A stretch of DNA of 52,303 nt from Candidatus Hodarchaeota archaeon (GCA_016839785.1 JAEOTQ010000114.1:1-52303); one strand, 5' to 3'. Numbered from the stretch's first letter, positions 18,490 through 28,735 are shown. Numbers and translations: made by a program. The notes: a model not told the origin generated them from the sequence alone.

Positions 18490-18792
18490 TTAAGCTCTTT
18501 GAAGTTCTGATCTTCTTGCTCTGGGTCGGTTACGTATCCATTTTTTCCCGCATTCACCACATGTAATTCGGATGTCAACTTTTTTTGTTGTTTTTGATGT
18601 CATATTTCGTGATGCAATTGGTCGTCTTGAATAACGCCCATGATTTCCAATTCGTGAAGTCCATCGAGCCATTCGTCGGCTTCCTTGCCCCATTCCACCG
18701 CCTCGTTGTTTTGCTTTTTCAAGTTTCACTGATTGAACAGTATGTTTATTGCAGTGTGGACAGAATGTTCGCATTTTTGCGGGAATTTTCAC
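18490..18792 (-). CDS. rpl44e: 50S ribosomal protein L44e (eL42)
   Basis: MKIPAKMRTFCPHCNKHT...KTTKKVDIRITCGECGK. Confidence 0.96.
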   Translation of the reverse strand: MKIPAKMRTFCPHCNKHTVQSVKLEKAKQRGGGMGQGSRRMARWTSRIGNHGRYSRRPIASRNMTSKTTKKVDIRITCGECGKKWIRNRPRARRSELQRA

Positions 18793-18982
18793 CTTATTTA
18801 GCTCCAGTCCGATTACCGTTGTAAACCTTCTTTGATTGTAAGAAGGTTGTTAGTAAATCATTTTTTCCCCAATGTTAAAAACTTCCTGCTATTCTTATGA
18901 TTATTCTGGAGACTTTCATTATTCTCCTGACTTCTGCGATAGTCCTAAAAAGTCGATTTTGATCAACTGATTTTGAAGTAAT

Positions 18983-20116
18983 TTGCCATTGGATAGAAAA
19001 TACAAGACAATAATCGAAGCTGGTGTTTTGTTAGGCTCTGCTATCTTGCTTGTGATTGTTATAGTTTCATCATTGGCAATTTTTCTTGGTTATTCACCTA
19101 TGCCACAAGTGGTTGTATCTACAACCAGTATGATGCCAATCTATCGCGGTTATCAAGATGGAACAGAACGGAGTGGAAATCTTCATCCTTTTCGTGGCGA
19201 TATTCTCCTAGTTAGAAAAGTGTCAGTAAGTACATTAGAGGTTGGCGATGTAATTGTTTTCAATACTCCTTCAGTATCTGAACCGGTTGTACATCGTATT
19301 GTCGCACGTTGGCAGAATGAATCTGATTATATTTTCTTCAAAACGAATGGTGACAATAATGTACCGCCTGATAATTGGATAGTTGAAGAAAAAGACGTCA
19401 TTGGAATGGTTGTAATTAGAATTCCTCATCTCGGTTGGTTTTTATATACATTGAAAACGAATTTAGGAAAAATTCTCATCTTAACTCTTGCAAGCTTAGT
19501 TCTTTTCGGAGAAGAAATTATTAATTTTTTAGGCTTATCCAAAGATAAGGAAGAGACACAGAAGGATACTAATGAATCAAATGACCAAGATGCCATAAGT
19601 AGAAATTCAAAAAGACAATCCAATTCGATAAGTAAAACAATTAGGAAGAAAGAATCAATTTATGTCATTTCAGGAATGGTAATATTTTTGTTGTTTATAG
19701 GAAGTAATCTCTTTGCAAGTGTATCTCATTCACCTGCTATTGATTGTTTTACTATTAATGATACCTCAGGTAATCAAAGCTTATTAGAATCAACTAAAAA
19801 TACAATGAGAACCCTTAGTTCACGTTATAAATTGGTCGATACAGAAAATGTTACAAGTTACTTCTATCCGATTTTAATTAAGCTAAAATCTGGTGGAATC
19901 TTGAATAATATTGATTATTTCGAGATCCGTGTTAATCAGAGTTCAGGACTTTATCGGTGGACAATTGTAAACAATTATATTGGAGTACATACAATAAAAG
20001 GGGGAATTGTTTCACAGATAAACGGAACCGTTGAGATTTCGATTACTCTATTTTGTAGAGGTTTATTCGCAAGCTCTCCCCTAACATATACTTTTCCAGT
20101 AATTCTTCAAGGTTAG
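18983..20116 (+). CDS. Signal peptidase I (archaeal/Sec11-type) with C-terminal extension
   Basis: TM helix, VVSTTSMMP (Ser), RGDILLV, GDVIVF, VVHRIV (His), KTNGDNN, IPHLGW; further TM segments and an extra domain. Confidence 0.88.
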   Translation: MPLDRKYKTIIEAGVLLGSAILLVIVIVSSLAIFLGYSPMPQVVVSTTSMMPIYRGYQDGTERSGNLHPFRGDILLVRKVSVSTLEVGDVIVFNTPSVSEPVVHRIVARWQNESDYIFFKTNGDNNVPPDNWIVEEKDVIGMVVIRIPHLGWFLYTLKTNLGKILILTLASLVLFGEEIINFLGLSKDKEETQKDTNESNDQDAISRNSKRQSNSISKTIRKKESIYVISGMVIFLLFIGSNLFASVSHSPAIDCFTINDTSGNQSLLESTKNTMRTLSSRYKLVDTENVTSYFYPILIKLKSGGILNNIDYFEIRVNQSSGLYRWTIVNNYIGVHTIKGGIVSQINGTVEISITLFCRGLFASSPLTYTFPVILQG

Positions 20117-20127
20117 TGATATTCATC

Positions 20128-20883
20128 ATGACAAATATTTGTTATTTAGTCGGCACAGCAGGTTCAGGAAAAACTATGCTGATTTCCTCTCTCCAGCAAT
20201 ATTTAAAACAAAAAGGAGCTAGTTTAACCATCGTTAACCTTGATCCAGCAGTACGTCATATCCCTTATCAAGCTGATATTGATATCAGAGATTATATTGA
20301 CTTTGATCAGCTTGTAGACGAATATAAGCTTGGACCGAATGGTGCTTTAGTTGCTGCGACTGATCTCGTGGCTGATTACATAAATGACATTAGAGAAAAC
20401 ATCGAAGAGTTAGGAGAAAGTTCTGATATCGTATTAGTAGATACACCGGGTCAAGTGGAGCTTTTTGCTTATCGAAATGCAAGTATAAAGATAACGAAGA
20501 GTTTTCCAACCGACTCAAGCCTGCTCGTTTTCTTATTTGATTCCGCCTTGGTTTCAAATATTAGTGGTTACCTGTCAATAAACCTACTCGCAACTTCTGT
20601 ACAAATCCGATTGAACTTACCAATTATTCATGTAATGTCAAAAACGGATTTACTCAAACCTCATCAAGTTGATGATATTTTAGATTGGCGAGAAAATCCA
20701 TACGACGCCATTGATCAACTCTATGGAATGAATCGCGAATTTGCATATAAGACTGGTACAATTTTTGAAGATATGGGTGACATTCCTCTTATCCCAGTCA
20801 GTTCATTATCTGGAGATGGGCTCGATCTTCTTGCTGCTCAACTAAGTCGAACTTTTTCTGCAGGAGACGACTGGTCAATTTAA
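20128..20883 (+). CDS. GPN-loop GTPase
   Basis: GTAGSGKT, VNLDPA, DIDIRD, LGPNGA, DTPGQVELF, SKTDLL. Confidence 0.95.
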   Translation: MTNICYLVGTAGSGKTMLISSLQQYLKQKGASLTIVNLDPAVRHIPYQADIDIRDYIDFDQLVDEYKLGPNGALVAATDLVADYINDIRENIEELGESSDIVLVDTPGQVELFAYRNASIKITKSFPTDSSLLVFLFDSALVSNISGYLSINLLATSVQIRLNLPIIHVMSKTDLLKPHQVDDILDWRENPYDAIDQLYGMNREFAYKTGTIFEDMGDIPLIPVSSLSGDGLDLLAAQLSRTFSAGDDWSI

Positions 20884-20895
20884 GAAATATTCACG

Positions 20896-21381
20896 TTAGA
20901 ATCGGGGACCAGGCAGCATCCATATCAGTGAAGTAATGACAATAAACAGTAGTGTAAATGTAAAAGTCCCTGAAAAAATTAAACGTTTCTGGTCTACTTC
21001 ATCTGGTGTAATCTTCAGGATCAGTCTAATAATTGCAATGCTTATACCTAAACCTGCAATCAAGAATAAAAACCAAATATTAGGAGATATTGCAGGAAAT
21101 AAAACAAATATGCTTCCAGTAACCAAACCACTAATTGCACCGGAAATTACTTTTGTATAGTACATTCTAGTATTAGGAGAAAGTTCATTAAACTTGTAGG
21201 TTGATTTTTTGGTTTCAGGACTCTCTATAGTCTCCTCAGGCGTTCGACTTATCTTACGTATTTTTCTTTGGCTTATGTTACGGCGTTCTCTTGACAAATT
21301 TTGTTCCTTCTTCTGAAGATTATTTTTTCTACCTTTAAACTTTGAAATAACAGATATTATTTTGTATATATACAATTTCAA
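20896..21381 (-). CDS. Three-TM membrane protein, EMC6/Rab5ip-like (start uncertain)
   Basis: YYTKVISGAISGLVTGS ... RLIFSGTFTFTLLFIVITSLIW resembles the EMC6 three-helix pattern. Confidence 0.55.
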   Translation of the reverse strand: MKLYIYKIISVISKFKGRKNNLQKKEQNLSRERRNISQRKIRKISRTPEETIESPETKKSTYKFNELSPNTRMYYTKVISGAISGLVTGSIFVLFPAISPNIWFLFLIAGLGISIAIIRLILKITPDEVDQKRLIFSGTFTFTLLFIVITSLIWMLPGPRF

Positions 21382-21492
21382 GTGGTATTGGACATTAATG
21401 GAAAATTAGACCCGAATTTTTAATTTTTGTGAGAGCGGCTAGCTTCTAAAACTAGGGAATTTTAGCTGATTCTCAGAAATTTAGAACGAGAG

Positions 21493-22119
21493 ATGAGTAA
21501 AATTATGGAATATTCTGGAGAATATTTAGTTAAGCTGGCACGAAGGACTATTGATACCTATTTAAAGAATAAGACAAAAATTAAACCCCCAAAAGATGCT
21601 CCAGCAGACCTCATGGATCAATCAGGGGTTTTTGTAACTCTCCATCGTATCGATCAAGGTGATGAGCCTGTTTTAAGGGGGTGTATTGGGAGAATCCAAA
21701 GTCCAGGAAGTACGCTCCTCCAATCTACCATCGATTCCGCCATAGATGCCATAATTCATGATTATCGTTTCCCTAATGTTACTCTTTCTGAACTAGATAA
21801 GATTACAGTAGAGGTCACAATCTTGACAGTTCCTGAAAAGATCACTGTTGAGGATCCCAAGGAATACTTTAATATCATTAAAATTGGCCGTCATGGGCTA
21901 ATCGCAGAGAGAAACTCAATTCAACGTGGATTGTTATTACCCCAAGTGCCAGTTCAACAGGGTTGGAATGTTCAAAAGTATCTTAACTACGTCTGTCAGA
22001 AAGCAGGGTTACCATCTGACGCGTGGCAAGATCTAGATACAACTATTTCCTCTTTCGAGGGATTTATCTTTTCCGAGATTTCACCTAATGGTATTATAGA
22101 ACCAAAATCAGATCATTGA
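21493..22119 (+). CDS. AMMECR1-domain protein
   Basis: GVFVTL, LRGCIG, DYRF, IGRHGLI, GLLLPQVP, CQKAGL..DAW. Confidence 0.95.
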   Translation: MSKIMEYSGEYLVKLARRTIDTYLKNKTKIKPPKDAPADLMDQSGVFVTLHRIDQGDEPVLRGCIGRIQSPGSTLLQSTIDSAIDAIIHDYRFPNVTLSELDKITVEVTILTVPEKITVEDPKEYFNIIKIGRHGLIAERNSIQRGLLLPQVPVQQGWNVQKYLNYVCQKAGLPSDAWQDLDTTISSFEGFIFSEISPNGIIEPKSDH

Positions 22120-23225
22120 GGCTTAATCTTCTCTAAAACTAACTTGATTTTCTCATAGTTGATTTGTTCAGGAAGTGTAATTTCTAGTTTTTTCTGATAA
22201 GAACAGCAAGGAATGGTATCTAATGGTTCGAGTGATGGTTCTTTTCCATGAAAACCAAATTGTATAGGTCGCAAACCAGCTATATTAGCTTGGGATTCTA
22301 AAGCACTTAGTGCTTCAAGACTAATTGATTCACCTTTATGATTAAAACAAGTAGGACTAATAAATGCTTGAACACTTCCCTCAGATGTGTAATATTGACT
22401 TATTGTTTCGCAGATGAGTTGACAATAGAAGCAAAGATTATTCAAGTTCTTAAATACCTTAAAAAAAGGTTCTAAGTCAATAAATGAATGCACAGGAGCG
22501 AAATTAGCTTCAACAAATTTTATGAAAATATCTTCTGAATTTTTACCAGTTTTGAAAAACAAAGGAAGGATTTTGACTCCTCTTTTTTTCATTAGCCAAG
22601 CTGATAACATTGAATTAGCATTAGGGCGAATTAAAGCTATTGCAGCCCCTTGTGACGTTGAAGGAATTCCATCGATTCCTGAAATGACCTCTGAATAAAT
22701 AAATGTCAATTCTCCTCGAATATCAAGAAAAATTTCCCCTTGAGGGGATGTAAGATTGACTTTAAGCCCTGGAATGTTTGATTCTAAGATTTTACTCCCT
22801 AATCTGGCTGCAATATCCATAGAAGAAAAGGATTGCAACCCCTCACGGCGTACTCTTACGGCAAAGCTACTATGAGGTGGAAAATATTCAGACGCCTTTT
22901 GTGCACCATTTGTCAAAATTTCTTCCTCACTGCTACCGACGACGAAAGCTTGACTTAAAGAAGAGATACCACTAATTTGCCTTGCAATCTGCCTAATAAT
23001 ATGCCGAGGAATAACAGGGGGGTTGAATGCAATTAGAAGACGCCCCCGAAAATCGAGTATTGAGAAAGATAAATCACGAGCTTTCATTAGTTCCTTGATA
23101 TTGGCGCGTAACAGGCCAATCATTCGTCGTCGAGTTCTTCGACTTTTAATCCCTAGTTCTCCTCCCATCCGAATGAGTAGAACGTTCTTACCAATAAGCT
23201 CAGAATGTGTTTGTTTGTCTTCCAA
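22113..23225 (-). CDS. ThiI-like THUMP-domain protein with degenerate PP-loop
   Basis: LIRMGGELGIKSRRTRRR, SFAVRVRREG, VNLTSP, GIDGIP, WLMKKRG; the SGGxDS motif is replaced by RPNANS. Confidence 0.8.
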   Translation of the reverse strand: MEDKQTHSELIGKNVLLIRMGGELGIKSRRTRRRMIGLLRANIKELMKARDLSFSILDFRGRLLIAFNPPVIPRHIIRQIARQISGISSLSQAFVVGSSEEEILTNGAQKASEYFPPHSSFAVRVRREGLQSFSSMDIAARLGSKILESNIPGLKVNLTSPQGEIFLDIRGELTFIYSEVISGIDGIPSTSQGAAIALIRPNANSMLSAWLMKKRGVKILPLFFKTGKNSEDIFIKFVEANFAPVHSFIDLEPFFKVFKNLNNLCFYCQLICETISQYYTSEGSVQAFISPTCFNHKGESISLEALSALESQANIAGLRPIQFGFHGKEPSLEPLDTIPCCSYQKKLEITLPEQINYEKIKLVLEKIKPQ

Positions 23226-23388
23226 TGTAAACCCAAGGGCTATAGAATAATTTACTCAAAGGAAAAAAGAATACGATAATTTACGATTTATAATGAGCGT
23301 TTCAGAGTAACTATAATCTATCATTGCAAAGCTCATACTTGTCAGGTTTCATCATTACGCTCATAAATATATGAATGAGGATGATTGT

Positions 23389-23805
23389 TTAATCCTCAAG
23401 ATCGCTATCGTCTTCTTTGAGTTCCTCTGAAGCTCTTATTAATTCAGCCATGGAATATTGTTGATCAAATTTTTTCCAGATTGAAGTAACAATTTCTTTA
23501 TCTAATCCTTTAATCTTCTTTGCTACCAGTTTTTTAGCTTCATCACGTTTCACAGGTAACTCTGTAAATCCCCACATAGCTGCTGGAACAGCTTCTGGAT
23601 TTTTCTCGATGATATATACCGTTCCCTCTTGTTGCTGGAATGAGAAGAATTGTGGTTGTATTAGTGGGCAGTCAGATAATTTATGCAATCCAGTTACAGT
23701 GAATAAATGATTACATCTAGTTTTCTCTGGGGATGTAGCGGATGTTTTAAAGGCACAGTGACCTTTATCAAGGTACCTCCATGCCGTTATTAATTCAGTT
23801 TTCAT
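23389..23805 (-). CDS. Ribosomal L28e/Mak16 family protein
   Basis: W..L...HCAFK ... C....TVTGL....CPL ... G.VY..EK.PE..PA.MW...L matches the N-terminal domain of eukaryotic Mak16; acidic C-terminus. Confidence 0.82.
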   Translation of the reverse strand: MKTELITAWRYLDKGHCAFKTSATSPEKTRCNHLFTVTGLHKLSDCPLIQPQFFSFQQQEGTVYIIEKNPEAVPAAMWGFTELPVKRDEAKKLVAKKIKGLDKEIVTSIWKKFDQQYSMAELIRASEELKEDDSDLED

Positions 23806-23841
23806 TATTTATCACGTTAATTTTCATTTCATTGGGATAAT

Positions 23842-23914
23842 AGCCGCTGGTGGGACTTGAACCCACGGCCAACAGATTACAAGTCTGTCGCTCTACCAAC
23901 TAAGCCACAGCGGC
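23842..23914 (-). tRNA. tRNA-Thr(TGT)
   Basis: GCCGCTG/CAGCGGC acceptor, ACAGA-CT-TGT-AA-TCTGT, GTGGG-TTCAAGT-CCCAC. Confidence 0.96.
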
Positions 23915-24126
23915 AACTCTTGTTTTTTAATCAAATTTGGATATGTCATTAGTCTCATATTCTTGACTAACTGGGTTTAAATTGCCTTAAGTTTGGATAA
24001 CGATATAGGAATCATCCTATACACAATTCAACTTGCAGGTGGCTTCTATCACCACTCCTTTAAACCCCTCTTAAATTTGTTTAAAGGATTGCTGTGGAAT
24101 GTAAGCTGAAATAAAGGTAAAATTCC

Positions 24127-24597
24127 TCACTCAAGCATTAAGTAGCTTTGATTTCGTATAAAAAGTGTCAGAAGCCCCTTTTTTCTAGCTAGTCGCTTTA
24201 ACTGTCTGTCATTTGTAGCGATTATCCCAGTATATCTTTTCCCATATTCTAAAAGGACAAAATCAATATTCCTGTGATTATAATCTGTTTTCCAAATCTT
24301 ACATTCTTTTTCTACATATAAAAGGGCAATCTGAGCTTCTTTTTCAACTTTAATTTTCCCACTCTGACGAAGCTTATTCAACTCATATAAAATGGGTTCT
24401 AGAACAATTAACTCCCTTTTACCTGGTAGAACTCGGTCTAGTTCATAGGTTAAATTGAAACTTGCCATTTGGCCAATGGCCATTAGAAAATTAGTATCCA
24501 GAAATATAACTTTTTCAGATTCTCCAAAGGACGAGATTATTATCCCGACCGTTGTTCTTTTCCACCTGTGATAGTGCCCCACCCGATCAAGCGCCAT
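24127..24597 (-). CDS. PIN-domain protein (Fcf1/Utp24-like); true start probably near 24540
   Basis: FLDTNFLM, IDFVLL, IIATNDRQLKR; usual position downstream of aIF2-gamma. Confidence 0.88.
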   Translation of the reverse strand: MALDRVGHYHRWKRTTVGIIISSFGESEKVIFLDTNFLMAIGQMASFNLTYELDRVLPGKRELIVLEPILYELNKLRQSGKIKVEKEAQIALLYVEKECKIWKTDYNHRNIDFVLLEYGKRYTGIIATNDRQLKRLARKKGLLTLFIRNQSYLMLE

Positions 24598-26072
24598 CTT
24601 CTATCTATCTGACGACTAATTGCGATTCTTACTCCAGTTTCAACACACACAGGAAGGCGTAAGTTAATTGCTACTTTTCCTTTTGCAACCATTACTACTT
24701 TGCCAACAGTTTTTGCGGTCCCAACGCTTAACATAAGATTTTCATTCATTTCTATATTCTGAACAGTGCTTTGAGATTCACTTCCAACTACACGCTCTAG
24801 TAAGTGTGATTCAAACTCTAAAGTGTCCCAACTAGGTGGCAATGACTCAGAGTAACCAACTATTTGTCCTACTAACATATCGCTCTTTGTTAGAGCTGGG
24901 TCAAGATTAGTACCAATACCAATTAATCCCCCGGGATGAGCGATTTCTAATTCCCCGAACCCTGAACGTAAGCTCACGATTTTTGTGTTTAAGAATTTAT
25001 ATTTATTCCCTCTTCTAACCCCTGGACGTATTTGTATATCATCTCCCACTGAAAATTTTCCTTGGATAATACTGCCTCCGACCACACCCCCTTTGAGCTT
25101 TTCAGGTGATTGTCCTGGTTTATTCACATCAAATGATCGAGCTACAAGCATTTGAGGGGGAAGATCTGCATCTCTTGGAGGTGTTGGAAGATTTTCTTCT
25201 ATACTTTGAATCAATAAATCGATATTAGAGTGATGTACTGCACTGATAGGGATAACTGGTGAATTCTTAGCAGAAGTTGTCGAAATGAACTTTTTTAAAT
25301 CTTTAAAGTTCTTAACAGCTTCCTTTTCAGTAGCTAATTCTATTTTATTTTGACAAACTATAACTTTCTCCATCCCTATTATGTCCATGGCAGCTAAATG
25401 TTCACGAGTTTGCGGCATGGGTACTCGTTCATTTGTGGCTACAACTAGAATAGCACCATCCATAATACTCGCTCCAGAAAGCATTGTAGCCATAAGTACT
25501 TCGTGGCCAGGCGCATCTACGAAAGCTACACGTCTTAATAATTCAGTTTTCTTCCCACAATTTGGACACTCTTTCTTTGTTGTATACTTTGTAGGCGCCT
25601 CACATTTTGGACATTCACGGAATTCTGTTTCTGCATATCCAAGACGAATAGAAATTCCTCTCCGGATTTCCTCACTATGAGTGTCTGGAAATTTTCCCGT
25701 TAGAGCTTGTGTTAAAGTGGATTTACCATGATCAACGTGCCCAATCATACCCAAACTAATTTCTGCTTGATTCTGTATCTCATCCGAAGTTAATTTCTTT
25801 GTAGAAGTTTTTTTCTTCGACTTTGGCGTTGATTTAGTGGGTTGCTTTGTAGAAGTTTTCGTGGATTTCGTTGTCTCTTTTTTTGTTGTCGTCTTCTTGG
25901 GTGTCGCTTTTTTAACTGGTGTTTTTGCAGAGGTTTTCTTTGCTTTCGTTGATGTTGTCTTTGTTGCTTTCTTAGCTGCAGTCTTTGACGATTTAGTGGA
26001 CTCTACCTCTTCTGATTTAGATAGGGTAGCTTCTTCCTTGCTTGTGGTTGCTTTCTTCTTTCGCGGCGACAT
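24540..26072 (-). CDS. eif2g: Translation initiation factor aIF2 gamma with ~100-aa Lys/Thr-rich N-terminal extension
   Basis: QAEISLGMIGHVDHGKST, HSEEIRRGISIRLGYA, zinc knuckle, FVDAPGHE, QNKIE, ARSFDVNKPG, RWRLIGWG. Confidence 0.97.
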   Translation of the reverse strand: MSPRKKKATTSKEEATLSKSEEVESTKSSKTAAKKATKTTSTKAKKTSAKTPVKKATPKKTTTKKETTKSTKTSTKQPTKSTPKSKKKTSTKKLTSDEIQNQAEISLGMIGHVDHGKSTLTQALTGKFPDTHSEEIRRGISIRLGYAETEFRECPKCEAPTKYTTKKECPNCGKKTELLRRVAFVDAPGHEVLMATMLSGASIMDGAILVVATNERVPMPQTREHLAAMDIIGMEKVIVCQNKIELATEKEAVKNFKDLKKFISTTSAKNSPVIPISAVHHSNIDLLIQSIEENLPTPPRDADLPPQMLVARSFDVNKPGQSPEKLKGGVVGGSIIQGKFSVGDDIQIRPGVRRGNKYKFLNTKIVSLRSGFGELEIAHPGGLIGIGTNLDPALTKSDMLVGQIVGYSESLPPSWDTLEFESHLLERVVGSESQSTVQNIEMNENLMLSVGTAKTVGKVVMVAKGKVAINLRLPVCVETGVRIAISRQIDRRWRLIGWGTITGGKEQRSG

Positions 26073-26092
26073 AAGAATCCTCGAAGTTAAGT

Positions 26093-26467
26093 TTACAGTA
26101 ACTCTTCTATGGGGCTACTACCTCTTTCGGTAATTTTCAGATTAATCTGATAAATATCTTCACTAATCAAAGATCCCCGGACACGTTTTCGTCTTCTCCT
26201 TCCTTTCCGTTGCGGTTTGTATCCTACTCCTCTGTGACCAATGAGTATTCGTTTAGGCATTGCACCTTCTACACCTGGAGCCATAGGAAAACCTGAATGA
26301 TCAGAACCGCCAGTTATTTTGAATTTATATCCTTCAAAACCAATAGTTGAACCTTCGAGCTCGTCACCAACCGACATTCCGATTAATGGACGAGTCATGG
26401 CGTCCTCATCTATTTCCTTCTTATAGCTCTGTTTGGCATCAGCTAAATTTAATTGAAATCGAACCAT
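26093..26467 (-). CDS. rps6e: 30S ribosomal protein S6e (eS6)
   Basis: ITGGSDHSGFPM, GRRRRKRVRG, QINLKI. Confidence 0.96.
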   Translation of the reverse strand: MVRFQLNLADAKQSYKKEIDEDAMTRPLIGMSVGDELEGSTIGFEGYKFKITGGSDHSGFPMAPGVEGAMPKRILIGHRGVGYKPQRKGRRRRKRVRGSLISEDIYQINLKITERGSSPIEELL

Positions 26468-26657
26468 GTTATCATCTCTAACCTTTTTATATTACTACGA
26501 AGGTGTATATTCGATGTAACCAGTAGTAGTATCGTTAACAGGTCAATGGTGTCATTAGATGTTCTTAAGCTCCAGATTCTTATTTCTTCTGATGAAAGAT
26601 TTTAAGTCTTTACCGAAGAGCATTTTCCCATTAATTTGATTGCTTGAGAAAAAAAAA

Positions 26658-28460
26658 TCAGAAAGCCCAATATTTATTCACAGTTCTTCTCTTTATTTCA
26701 ATGAGCTCACTTAATGCATCCATTTCTGATCCAGAAAGGATTTTATCATTTAAAATCTTCCGAGCATGAGTCTCTGGGACATTTACCCAAAGCTCATCGT
26801 CTTCTTTAACCTGACGACCAGCAGTAGGACCTTTGATCGCTACAGCAACTTGATTACCAACATCAGCTTTAGGTAAATTTTCTCCACGGTCCTGAATTTG
26901 CAATAGATGTCCAATTACTTTATTATCTCTATTAACCAGATCGACTTTTGGTGTTAAAATTCCGGATAGGACTTCTACACCTACAATACAAGGTTTACAC
27001 TGCCTAAAAATAAAAGGAAGGACTTTAATTTTTGAGGGTCTAACGATATCTTTCAGAGCCTCAAGTTCTTCTTCTTGTTGAATCTTATATTGATATTCTT
27101 GATATTCTTCACTTAATTGATATATAATATCACTTTGCAAAATTGGAATATCTAATCTATTTCCTTCCTCCTGTGCGTCCTCGAGGACTGTGGTTCTAAA
27201 AGCGAGGATAATGCCAAAGGTCTTATCTTTTTCTTTGGAAAGAGAGGCTTGGTAAATATCTTTTTTTGTTACATCACCTACTGCAGCAAAGCGTATCTGA
27301 ATACTCGAATCTCTTAAGAAGTTTACAAGTGCTTCTAACGAACCTAACGCATCAGCTTTAACAATTACGCCAGCATCATCTGTTTCCACAAGGATACTTG
27401 CTAGTTCATCTTTAATCCTTTGTACTGCTTCACCCTCGCTTTTCTTTGTGACTACATACAACGAGGATCCTGCAATTGCATCTTCTAGCTCTGGAGCAAC
27501 AATCTTTACTCCTATTGCAGCTATTGCCTCGTCAACATTTTCAAATTTGTTTCGTGGATCACGAATCTCATCTAAGTCTTTCGGTAATAAGAGTGCACGT
27601 ACTTTGGTGGATATCACTCCATTCTTTCCAGCTAGCACAATTTGGGAATTATTTCGAATAATTCCATCAAAGAGGATTACATCAAGGGTTGTACCGAGCC
27701 CAACTTCTTTTTTAACTTCAAGAACTACGCCTTTTCCACTGTCGAGATGAAGTTCCAGCTGTGTTTTAAGATACTGCTCTGTTAAAGTTGCCAAAACAAG
27801 GAATAATTCGGGGATTCCTTCTCCTGTAACAGCAGAGGTGGGAATGATTGCAATTTTTTTTGCAAAGTTCTTTATCTTGTCGTACCTCTCTGGTTCCAAT
27901 TTGAAATGGCTAAGTTCAGCCATAATTTCGTATATGACTGTTTGGAGAGCATCCTGAGTACTCTTAGACTGTTTTTTTAATGACTGCATTAGTGACAACT
28001 TAGGAAAACTTCTCCAACCAGGTAGTCGATCTATCTTATTTGCTGCTATTAGAAAAGGTACCTTATTTCGGACTAGAATTCTTAATGACTCAACTGTTTG
28101 GGGTTGAATTCCACGACGTACGTCAATTACCAGAATTGAAAAATTTGCGGTGCTAGCCCCTCTTGATCTTAAATTCATAAATGCTGCATGACCTGGAGTA
28201 TCAATTATTAGAATTCCCGGGATCTGTAGGCTTGCCTTCTTGTCTCCCAGTAGTTTCCCACATAATGTAGTGACCGTATCAATAGGGAAAAAACTTGCAC
28301 CAATATGCTGAGTTATTCCTCCTGTTTCTCGTGCCTGTACTGCTGTACCTCTTACTTTATCTAGCAAACTAGTTTTTCCAGAATCAACATGACCCAAGAT
28401 AACGGTAATTGGACTCCTCATTAATTCTTTTGATTCGTTTTCTTCTGTCAATATATTCAC
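26658..28460 (-). CDS. infB: Translation initiation factor aIF5B (IF-2)
   Basis: RSPITVILGHVDSGKTSLLD, GGITQHIGA, IDTPGH, NKIDR, KADALGSLEAL. Confidence 0.97.
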   Translation of the reverse strand: MNILTEENESKELMRSPITVILGHVDSGKTSLLDKVRGTAVQARETGGITQHIGASFFPIDTVTTLCGKLLGDKKASLQIPGILIIDTPGHAAFMNLRSRGASTANFSILVIDVRRGIQPQTVESLRILVRNKVPFLIAANKIDRLPGWRSFPKLSLMQSLKKQSKSTQDALQTVIYEIMAELSHFKLEPERYDKIKNFAKKIAIIPTSAVTGEGIPELFLVLATLTEQYLKTQLELHLDSGKGVVLEVKKEVGLGTTLDVILFDGIIRNNSQIVLAGKNGVISTKVRALLLPKDLDEIRDPRNKFENVDEAIAAIGVKIVAPELEDAIAGSSLYVVTKKSEGEAVQRIKDELASILVETDDAGVIVKADALGSLEALVNFLRDSSIQIRFAAVGDVTKKDIYQASLSKEKDKTFGIILAFRTTVLEDAQEEGNRLDIPILQSDIIYQLSEEYQEYQYKIQQEEELEALKDIVRPSKIKVLPFIFRQCKPCIVGVEVLSGILTPKVDLVNRDNKVIGHLLQIQDRGENLPKADVGNQVAVAIKGPTAGRQVKEDDELWVNVPETHARKILNDKILSGSEMDALSELIEIKRRTVNKYWAF

Positions 28461-28735
28461 TCCAGCGTTTTCTCAATTCCCTGACGTATCAATCTGTAAC
28501 TTGATAAAAGAAAATAGGGATATATTGAATTTAAAATTATAATTAAATTCATTCCATTCTGATAAATCGACTTACTCGCCTAAATTCGGTCATGAGAACC
28601 TATTCGAGTAGCTATCAGTCATGAAATAGAAAATCCTTACACATTGAATTACTTACCGTTGATTGAAAGCGAAAATTTATGACCATTTTAGTAGCGTATT
28701 GGTTTGTATAAGAACTATACGGAGACTGTTCATCC

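Noticed and set aside
25775-26072. Repeat array or CRISPR-like periodicity
   Set aside because: Low-complexity Lys/Thr coding sequence only; I saw no repeat-spacer array or cas gene anywhere in the window.
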